Made by a program: the position numbers and the translations under genes. Below, piece after piece: positions 26,552 through 36,031 of a DNA stretch of 49,033 nt. Source of the DNA: Gemmatimonadales bacterium (GTDB lineage: Bacteria > Gemmatimonadota > Gemmatimonadetes > Gemmatimonadales > GWC2-71-9); assembly GCA_035763885.1 (NCBI GenBank), contig DASUAH010000081.1, positions 1-49,033 of the forward strand. The letters are read 5' to 3'. Below the pieces are notes generated by a model. That model saw only the letters and a list, made by a program, of their open reading frames with translations, searched no databases and was not told the DNA's origin. How positions within the stretch are numbered: position 1 is the stretch's first letter; each line of letters starts with the position of its first letter.

Positions 26552-26826
26552 GAGAGCACCGTGCGGGGTGGAACCCGCCGTTCGGGTACCCTGGCTGTCG
26601 TGCGGTGAAGTGAAGCTTCCTTCAGGGACGGGCAAATCGTGTACCAACATTGCACAGACCCGCTAAGCCGTTGCGTCCACTTGCGGTGCCGGGCCGAGCG
26701 CCGGCGCCGCGCGCAGGATCGTCGTGCAAGTTGCCGCTGACGCTACTCGATCAGAACCGGAGCTGAGTGGCGCCCGCGGTCGGCGGGCGTATACTCCACC
26801 TCGCCCTCCCCCTCCGGAGACGACTC

Positions 26827-27096
26827 ATGCGGCGAAGCACCGTGGTGATGCTCCTCGCGCTGGCCGCCTTCGCGGCCCTCCTTCTCTATAACACGCTTAC
26901 CTCGCAGCGGGTCGAATGCCGCGTCGTGGTCGAGTACGAGGGTCGGCGCAACAGCGCCACGACTTCCGGCGCGACGGAGGCGGATGCCGAGCGGGAGGCC
27001 CGGACCGCGGCGTGCGGCCCCATCGCGGCGGGCATGGATGCCACGATCGCGTGCACGAACACCCCTCCCGTCGAGAAAGAGTGCCGGAGCCTGTGA
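26827..27096 (+). CDS. hypothetical small membrane-anchored Cys-containing protein (89 aa)
   Basis: GGAGA RBS upstream of ATG 26827. N-terminal TM/signal anchor MRRSTVVMLLALAAFAALLLY and 4 Cys in the soluble part. The stop overlaps the GTG of the next gene (GTGA). Confidence 0.45.
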   Translation: MRRSTVVMLLALAAFAALLLYNTLTSQRVECRVVVEYEGRRNSATTSGATEADAEREARTAACGPIAAGMDATIACTNTPPVEKECRSL

Positions 27097-28451
27097 CCGC
27101 GCCGGGCGCGGGCCTCCGCCTTCCCCACCCCCTGATCCTCCTGCTCGCGTGCCTCGCCGTCGCCGCGCTCGCGAGCTGGATCGTTCCCGCCGGCCGGTAC
27201 GAGCGCCGAGAGGACAGCGTCACCGGGCGCACCGTGGTGGTGCCCGGCACGTTCCACCGAGTCCAGCCGGCCCCGGTCGGACCGCTCCAGGCTGCCGTCG
27301 CCGTGCCGAAGGGCCTGGCCGACGCGGCGTCAGTGGTCTTCCTCGTGTTTCTCGTGGGCGGCGCGTTCGCCGTGGTCGAGCAGACGGGGGCGCTCACCGG
27401 CGCAGTCGCCTGGCTGGTGCGCGCGCTGGGGCGCCGAGAGGCGCTCATGATCCCCCTCGCCAGCGCGGCGTTCGCGCTGGGCGGCCTCGCGCAGAACATG
27501 CAGGAGGAGATCATCGCGTTCGTGCCGGTCCTCCTGCTGCTCGCTCGGCGCCTCGGCTTCGACGCGCTCACCGCCGTGGCGATCAGCCTCGGCAGCGCCG
27601 CCGTGGGCGCGGCGTTCAGCCCGATCAATCCCTTCCAGGTCGGCATCGCCCAGCAGCTCGCCCAGCTGCCGCCTCTCTCAGGGGGGCTCTTCCGGACCGC
27701 GGTCCTTCTGCTCGCATTCGGCATCTGGGTGGCGGGCACGATGCGGCACGCGCGACGGATCCACGACCATGCCGGCGGCGGCCGCGTGGCCGACACTCCC
27801 ACGGCCGTAGCGGCGGGGCGGCACGCGGTGATCCTGGGGCTGGTGGCCGCATCGTTCGTGCTGCTTGTCGTGGGGATCCTGCGCTTCGGCTGGGGATTCG
27901 ACGAGCTCTCGGCGGTCTTCTTCGTGATGGGACTTGCCGCCGGGCTCACGGCAGGACTCGGGTGGGCGGGTACCGCGGAGGCGTTCGTGACCGGGTTCCG
28001 GTCGATGGCGTGGGCCGGGATGCTCGTCGGGTTCGCCCGGGCGATCTACGTCGCTCTCGAGGAGGGCCGCATCCTCGATAGCCTCGTGCACGCGCTCTTC
28101 ACTCCGCTCGAGCACCTCCCGGTTGCGCTGTCAGGGCTGGGAATGATGGCCGCCCACACGGTGGTGCACGTGCCGGTGCCGAGCGTGAGCGGCCAGGCCG
28201 TGCTCACGATCCCGATTCTCGTGCCGGTGTCCGATCTGCTAGGAATGTCGCGGCAGGTGACGGTGCTCGCCTACCAGTACGGGGCGGGGCTGTGCGAGAT
28301 CGTCACCCCCACGAACGGGGCAATGATGGCCATCCTCGCGGCGGCAGGGGTGCCGTTCGGGCAATGGCTCCGGTTCGTGCTGCCGCTCTGGGCGGCGCTG
28401 CTCGGGCTGGGTGCGGTGGCGGTGGTGGCGGGGATCGCGCTCGGGGTGTAG
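27093..28451 (+). CDS. YfcC / DcuC-type (C4-dicarboxylate anaerobic carrier family) membrane transporter
   Basis: Collinear with E. coli YfcC as I recall it, e.g. SGQAVLTIPILVPVSDLLGMSRQVTVLAYQYGAGLCEIVTPTNGAMMA versus [35 protein letters not shown].... Polytopic membrane protein. Confidence 0.85.
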   Translation: MTAPGAGLRLPHPLILLLACLAVAALASWIVPAGRYERREDSVTGRTVVVPGTFHRVQPAPVGPLQAAVAVPKGLADAASVVFLVFLVGGAFAVVEQTGALTGAVAWLVRALGRREALMIPLASAAFALGGLAQNMQEEIIAFVPVLLLLARRLGFDALTAVAISLGSAAVGAAFSPINPFQVGIAQQLAQLPPLSGGLFRTAVLLLAFGIWVAGTMRHARRIHDHAGGGRVADTPTAVAAGRHAVILGLVAASFVLLVVGILRFGWGFDELSAVFFVMGLAAGLTAGLGWAGTAEAFVTGFRSMAWAGMLVGFARAIYVALEEGRILDSLVHALFTPLEHLPVALSGLGMMAAHTVVHVPVPSVSGQAVLTIPILVPVSDLLGMSRQVTVLAYQYGAGLCEIVTPTNGAMMAILAAAGVPFGQWLRFVLPLWAALLGLGAVAVVAGIALGV

Positions 28452-28452
28452 C

Positions 28453-28583
28453 CGGACGGTCAGACGGCCAGACGGTCAGACGGCCGGCCAGACGGCCGGT
28501 CGCGGTAGCTCGGGGGCGACCTGCTGGTGCCTGACCGTCAGACCGTCTGGCCGTCTGACCGTCTGACCGTCCGGCCGTCCGCC
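28453..28583. repeat. palindromic octamer-repeat element (CAGACGGY family) between convergent yfcC-like and trxC
   Basis: Left arm CGGACGGT CAGACGGC CAGACGGT CAGACGGC ..CAGACGGC. The right arm is the inverted array (ctgaccgtcagaccgtctggccgtctgaccgtctgaccgtccggccgtcc). cagacggccagacggtc (28461-28477) pairs perfectly with gaccgtctggccgtctg (28541-28557). Confidence 0.85.
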
Positions 28584-29014
28584 AAGGCCTCGAGCACCGG
28601 CATATCCGCCAGCCCCACGTGCCTCCCCGTCTCGCGGCCGCCCCGGAACGCAATCAGGGTGGGGAGGCCCTTGATGCCCAGCCGGCGTGGAGTCACCGGA
28701 TTTGCGTCGGTGTCGAGCTTGAGGACCAGCGCATCTCCCACTCGGGCCAGCGCGAACTCATCCAGCGTCGGCGCCATCATCCGGCAGGGCCCGCACCAGT
28801 CGGCATAGAAATCGACCAGCACCGGCACGCTTGCACCTTCGATGATCCGATCGAAGTCCTGGTCCGTAACCTTGGTGGGGCGATCGAGCCGGATCGGCCG
28901 GCCGCACTCGGCGCACTTCGGCCCTGCATTCAGTCGGGCCAGGTCCACCCGGTTCAGGGTGTCGCAGAACGCGCAGCGCACCGTTACGTAGCGCCCGGAA
29001 GCTGGCTGGGTCAT
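28538..29014 (-). CDS. trxC: thioredoxin 2 (TrxC-type, N-terminal zinc finger)
   Basis: CAFCDT...CAECGRP zinc-finger pair followed by VLVDFYADWCGPCRMMAP. The last about 14 codons (DGRTVRRSDGQTV*) and the stop codon lie inside the repeat element. Confidence 0.85.
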   Translation of the reverse strand: MTQPASGRYVTVRCAFCDTLNRVDLARLNAGPKCAECGRPIRLDRPTKVTDQDFDRIIEGASVPVLVDFYADWCGPCRMMAPTLDEFALARVGDALVLKLDTDANPVTPRRLGIKGLPTLIAFRGGRETGRHVGLADMPVLEALADGRTVRRSDGQTV

Positions 29015-29050
29015 CGCCCCAGTATAGCTCCACCGCCGGCATGTCGATAC

Positions 29051-29076
29051 TGAACTTCCGGCAGGCGCCGGGCGTT
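29051..29076 (+). promoter_or_regulatory. candidate ECF-sigma-type promoter (TGAAC-N17-CGTT) facing the GNAT gene
   Basis: tgaac (29051-55), a 17-nt spacer, then cgtt (29073-76). Same architecture as the motif upstream of the DM13/ECF sigma operon at 46288-46314. Confidence 0.3.
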
Positions 29077-29173
29077 CTTTAGACTGGGTGACAGGGCCCA
29101 CGGAAGGGCCCGGAAGTATGGCACTACTGTTGCGTTTGGTGGTTCCCGGACCACCGGAAGGCGGGCTGGTTCA

Positions 29174-29608
29174 ATGGGAGACGTCAAGATCCGCGAGATG
29201 GAACAGGACGGCGATTTCGCCGCGTGGTTCTCCGACCTCCTGGCCGAAGCCGAGGAGGCAGAGCAACTCGGCAGCGCCGGGGAAGACCGCTATCTGGTGC
29301 TGAGCAACGACATCGGCGACTGGATCGGCGGGCTTCATTTCTCCCTGCGCGGGGGCGTCGCCCACCTCGAGAACGTGGCGGTTCTGCCCAGTGAGCGGCA
29401 CCAGGGCCATGCCCACCGGCTGCTCGTGGCGTTCGAGGCGCACGCCGCGGAGGCCGGCGCCCACATAGCCGAGTTCTGGACCGACGACCTCCAGTCGGAG
29501 CCGCTGCTTGCAGCGCTCGGGTGGCAGGTGGTGTTGCGGCGCGAGGGCTACATCGGCCGCCGCACCTGGGTGCTTCTGGAGAAGGAGCTGGGCACGGACG
29601 GCGACTGA
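29174..29608 (+). CDS. GNAT family N-acetyltransferase
   Basis: 144 aa. LENVAVLPSERHQGHAHRLLVAFEAHAAEAG resembles GNAT motif A (R/Q-x-x-G-x-A/G). Confidence 0.65.
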   Translation: MGDVKIREMEQDGDFAAWFSDLLAEAEEAEQLGSAGEDRYLVLSNDIGDWIGGLHFSLRGGVAHLENVAVLPSERHQGHAHRLLVAFEAHAAEAGAHIAEFWTDDLQSEPLLAALGWQVVLRREGYIGRRTWVLLEKELGTDGD

Positions 29609-29635
29609 CCACTTTCGGCGACGATTGGCATACGA

Positions 29636-29680
29636 GGGACCGGCCGCAGTATGTTTGGCGGTTGGTCCCTACGTTTTCCT
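29636..29680 (+). terminator. 12-bp hairpin plus T-tract between GNAT and desaturase (terminator or attenuator)
   Basis: GGGACCGGCCGC-agtatgtttg-GCGGTTGGTCCC (two G-U pairs), followed by tacgTTTTcc. It ends 20 nt before the desaturase ATG. Confidence 0.5.
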
Positions 29681-29699
29681 GGAGCTCCGAAAGCGACCC

Positions 29700-30674
29700 A
29701 TGAGCCTCACCGAATCGGCCCGCGTCCTCCTCGCCAAAATCGAAGTGCTCAGGGACCTGGAAGCCCGGGTTCGGGAGCTGATGGCGGCCCACGAGCAGAA
29801 GCGCGAGCTGTGGTTCCCCTCGGACCTCATCAACCCGGCGCCGGGCGAGTGCCCGGACACGTATTACGCCACGCTGAGACGCCGTGCCGAGGGCATCCCC
29901 GACGCGGCGCGCGCGGCCATTGCCCTCAACACCCTCACCGAAGAAGGGCTGCCGCACTTTCACCGGCTGATCTCGGTGTACCTCGGGGACGACAGCTACT
30001 GGCGGGAATGGAACAACCTCTGGACCGCCGAGGAGGACCGGCACGGCGTCGTGCTGCACGACTATACGCGCGAGACCCGCATCCTCGACCAGCGCCGGTT
30101 CGAGGAGATGCAGTTCGAGTACCTGCGGGCGGGGTTCCATCCGGACTGGGACAAGGACCCCTACCGGGTCTTCGCGTACACCACCCTGCAGGAGCGCGCC
30201 ACGCAGCACTCGCACGCCGAGACGGGCAGACTGGCCGGCGAATACGAGCCTTCGCTGTCCGAGCTCCTGTCCAACGTGGCCCGCGACGAAGCCCGGCACT
30301 ACACCTTCTATCGTACCGTTTTCAGCGAGATCCTCGAGCGCGACCCCGACCAGGCCCTTCACTCCGCCTCGCTGATCATGCCGGGCATCCAGATGCCGGG
30401 CGCCAGCATGCCGGGCTTCAAGGAGCTGGCGGACGTGATCCGGCGGGCCGGCATTTACGGCCCGCGCGATTACCTGCGGATCGTGCAGGAGCAGATCCGG
30501 TACTGGCAGATCGAGGGCCTCACCGGATTGAGCGAGCTCGGGCGCAAGGCCCAGGAGAAGATCATGGGCATTCCGGATCGCCTGCGTCGGGTCGCGGAAC
30601 TCATCGAGACGCGCAGCCGGGCGAAGACGTTCAGCTTCGACGTCGTGTTCAACCGCGAATTCGCGATGGAATGA
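29700..30674 (+). CDS. soluble acyl-ACP desaturase (diiron, DesA-type)
   Basis: Both diiron E-x-x-H blocks are present (TAEEDRHGVVLHDY and ARDEARHYTFY), plus LTEEGLPHF and TTLQERATQHSH. Collinear with plant and actinobacterial stearoyl-ACP desaturases. Confidence 0.85.
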   Translation: MSLTESARVLLAKIEVLRDLEARVRELMAAHEQKRELWFPSDLINPAPGECPDTYYATLRRRAEGIPDAARAAIALNTLTEEGLPHFHRLISVYLGDDSYWREWNNLWTAEEDRHGVVLHDYTRETRILDQRRFEEMQFEYLRAGFHPDWDKDPYRVFAYTTLQERATQHSHAETGRLAGEYEPSLSELLSNVARDEARHYTFYRTVFSEILERDPDQALHSASLIMPGIQMPGASMPGFKELADVIRRAGIYGPRDYLRIVQEQIRYWQIEGLTGLSELGRKAQEKIMGIPDRLRRVAELIETRSRAKTFSFDVVFNREFAME

Positions 30675-31123
30675 GGCGGCTCGCCGCGAGGCGGATCCTG
30701 CCGCTGGCGGTGGCGGTCGCGGCGTGCGGCGGCGCCGACGATGACGGTGGCGCCACCGAGCGCTCGCGGGGCCTGGAGACCCTTCCGCCCGAGCTGCGTG
30801 ACGCCGCCTATCTCGGCCGCGAGATCTTCCAGCTGGTGGACCGCGCCGCGGACTACAAGGGCTCCCATCGCGGCAAGCCGCCGCGCTCCCTGAAGCAGAT
30901 GGGTATCGACAGCCTCGCGGGTCCGCTGGTGCGGCGCATCGCCACCGTGAGCGATTCCTCGGTGGTCACCGTCGCCTATCGTGAGCCGCGCGGTCGTGTG
31001 GTGGCTTCCTGCGAGGGGAACGCCCAGATCCTCGAGGAGGCAGCCCTCAACGAGGGTCGGTTCACGCTGGTCTGCACGACCGCCTCCGGCGCGATCGCCA
31101 AGTACGAGGTGCCGGGCCCGTGA
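30671..31123 (+). CDS. hypothetical lipoprotein
   Basis: The ATG overlaps the desaturase stop (ATGA). Lipobox in MRRLAARRILPLAVAVAAC. Confidence 0.6.
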   Translation: MRRLAARRILPLAVAVAACGGADDDGGATERSRGLETLPPELRDAAYLGREIFQLVDRAADYKGSHRGKPPRSLKQMGIDSLAGPLVRRIATVSDSSVVTVAYREPRGRVVASCEGNAQILEEAALNEGRFTLVCTTASGAIAKYEVPGP

Positions 31124-31698
31124 TGGCCGAGCTGGCGTCGGCGCTCGCCCGGTGGCTAGTGGTCGCCGCGCTCGGCTACGCCGCCGTCGTGGCCATCACC
31201 CATTGGGCGGTGCGCGACCGGCGCCTCAACCCGTTCGGCGCGTGGCCGCGCTTCGTGCGCCGGATCAGCGACCCGGTCCTGCGCCCGCTGGAGCGCCGGA
31301 TCGTGCGGGCGGGTGGCATGCCCCAGAGCGCCCCCTGGTGGCTCTTCGGCCTCGTGGTCGTCGGCGGGCTGTTGCTGGTCAGCGGCGTGAACTGGGCCAT
31401 CGGATTCGCCTACGAGCTGCGTATGCTCTCGGGGGCGGGGCCGCGCGTCTGGCTCATCGAGCTGGTGTCGTGGACCTTCCGGATCCTCATGTTTGCGCTG
31501 CTGGTGCGCGTGATCGCGTCCTGGTTCGGGATCTCGCCCTACCGGAAGTGGATGCGTCCCGTGGTATTCCTCACCGACTGGATCCTGGGTCCGCTTCGCC
31601 GGATTCTCCCGCCGTTCGGGCCGCTGGACCTGAGCCCGCTCGTCGCCTACTTCCTGTTGTGGGTCGCGCGCCAGCTGGTGATCGGGGCGCTGGTGTGA
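31120..31698 (+). CDS. yggT: YggT family membrane protein
   Basis: Two YGGT-like repeats (FVRRISDPVLRPLERRI... and FLTDWILGPLRRILPPFGPLDLSPLVAYFLL). The start (GTG 31120 or ATG 31123) overlaps the upstream stop. Confidence 0.8.
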   Translation: MMAELASALARWLVVAALGYAAVVAITHWAVRDRRLNPFGAWPRFVRRISDPVLRPLERRIVRAGGMPQSAPWWLFGLVVVGGLLLVSGVNWAIGFAYELRMLSGAGPRVWLIELVSWTFRILMFALLVRVIASWFGISPYRKWMRPVVFLTDWILGPLRRILPPFGPLDLSPLVAYFLLWVARQLVIGALV

Positions 31699-31715
31699 GA
31701 CGGCCAGACGGCCAG
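31697..31715. repeat. solo half-copy of the CAGACGGY octamer repeat
   Basis: GAGACGGC CAGACGGC CAG, beginning inside the yggT stop codon (tgTGAgacgg). No inverted partner nearby. Confidence 0.6.
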
Positions 31716-31722
31716 TAAGCCA

Positions 31723-32007
31723 GTGATAACGGAAACCTCAACCGGCATCAGGCTCAGCGTCCGCGTCCAGCCGCGGGCCTCCCGCACCGAGATCGCCGGA
31801 ATCTACGGCGATGCCCTCAAGGTCCGGGTGGCCGCACCCCCCGTGGACGGCGCGGCCAATGAGGCGCTGGTCCGGTTTCTCGCTGAGCGGCTGGGCGTAC
31901 CCCGTTCCGCGGTCACGGTCGCCGCGGGCGCGGCTGGCCGGCGCAAGCTGGTGGCGGTGGCCGGTCTCACGGCCAAGGACGCGGCCGCACGCCTGGGCCT
32001 CGGCTGA
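31723..32007 (+). CDS. DUF167 (YggU family) protein
   Basis: 94 aa. RLSVRVQPRASRTEI...LKVRVAAPPVDGAANEALVRFLAERLGVPRSAVTV..G..GRRK matches the YggU signature. GTG start. Confidence 0.8.
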   Translation: MITETSTGIRLSVRVQPRASRTEIAGIYGDALKVRVAAPPVDGAANEALVRFLAERLGVPRSAVTVAAGAAGRRKLVAVAGLTAKDAAARLGLG

Positions 32008-32014
32008 CGCGCCT

Positions 32015-32039
32015 GCGCAGCGCCCGGGCTCCGCTGCGC
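32015..32039 (+). terminator. GC hairpin just after yggU stop (possible terminator, no U-tract)
   Basis: GCGCAGCG-cccgggctc-CGCTGCGC, a perfect 8-bp stem starting 8 nt after the stop. Confidence 0.35.
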
Positions 32040-32135
32040 CGACGCTCGAGCGGCTGGCCGAGCCGAAGCGGGAGTCCGACCTGGGCGGGCCTCCCGGGGA
32101 GCAGGCCCGAGGGGGGCCCCCGGCGTGGAGCGCTC

Positions 32136-32165
32136 TTGAACTTCCGGGGCCGGGGCCAGTAAGTT
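32136..32165 (+). promoter_or_regulatory. candidate sigma70-type promoter of the metH leader
   Basis: TTGAAC (32136-41), an 18-nt spacer, then TAAGTT (32160-65), in a locally AT-rich patch. Confidence 0.35.
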
Positions 32166-32183
32166 GAGAGCGACAACCGAGCT

Positions 32184-32230
32184 CGTGGCGATTTGCGGCT
32201 ATTGCGGCCACGTTAAACAACCAGCTAAAA
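32184..32230 (+). ncRNA. structured 5' leader element upstream of metH (possible SAM-II/V-like pseudoknot riboswitch; class unverified)
   Basis: Hairpin CGTGGC-gatttgcggctattgcg-GCCACG, then gttaaacaaccAGCTAAAA. The 3' AGCU(AAA) can pair with loop UUU..GGCU. The CGAUUU and AGCUAAAA strings recall SAM-II conserved elements, but the fold is not canonical. Confidence 0.25.
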
Positions 32231-32237
32231 CGCCTCT

Positions 32238-32271
32238 CCCCGGGGACGTTTTGGCCCCGGGGCTTTCGTTT
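32238..32271 (+). terminator. intrinsic terminator/attenuator in the metH leader
   Basis: CCCCGGGG-acgttttgg-CCCCGGGG followed by cTTTCGTTT. It ends 10 nt before the metH GTG and overlaps the approach to the RBS GGGAG (32272-76). Confidence 0.45.
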
Positions 32272-32281
32272 GGGAGTAACC

Positions 32282-36030
<3,749 letters not shown>

Positions 36031-36031
<1 letters not shown>

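Noticed and set aside
26640-26654. TGTACC-N5-TTGCA, resembling a sigma-54 -24/-12 element upstream of the che operon and small ORF region.
   Set aside because: It has GT instead of the invariant GG, the GG-to-GC spacing is one nt short, and the orientation is away from the che operon.
19150-28583. The octamer arrays as a CRISPR array.
   Set aside because: The units are 8 nt with no spacers and are arranged as inverted arms, and no cas genes are present. This is REP/MITE-like, not CRISPR.
29700-30674. The acyl-ACP desaturase as the counterpart of the desaturase (Des7) found in the M. xanthus che7 cluster.
   Set aside because: It belongs to a different enzyme family (soluble diiron rather than membrane desaturase). 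It is on the opposite strand, and four genes plus a repeat/terminator separate it from cheY. Proximity is most likely coincidental.
12995-32147. The 10-mer GAACTTCCGG occurs three times, each in an intergenic region (12995-13004, 29052-29061, 32138-32147).
   Set aside because: It is too short to be significant at this GC content, and downstream spacing to any -10-like element differs at each site. Only the 29051 copy fits the GAAC-N17-CGTT pattern, and that one is reported separately.
32008-32281. A cobalamin, SAM-I (S-box) or SAH riboswitch in the metH leader.
   Set aside because: I could not find a B12-box-like GCCACUG core, S-box conserved blocks or the SAH GGAGCGCUGC...GGCUCAGG pattern. 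Only GGAGCGCU occurs, upstream of the putative promoter.
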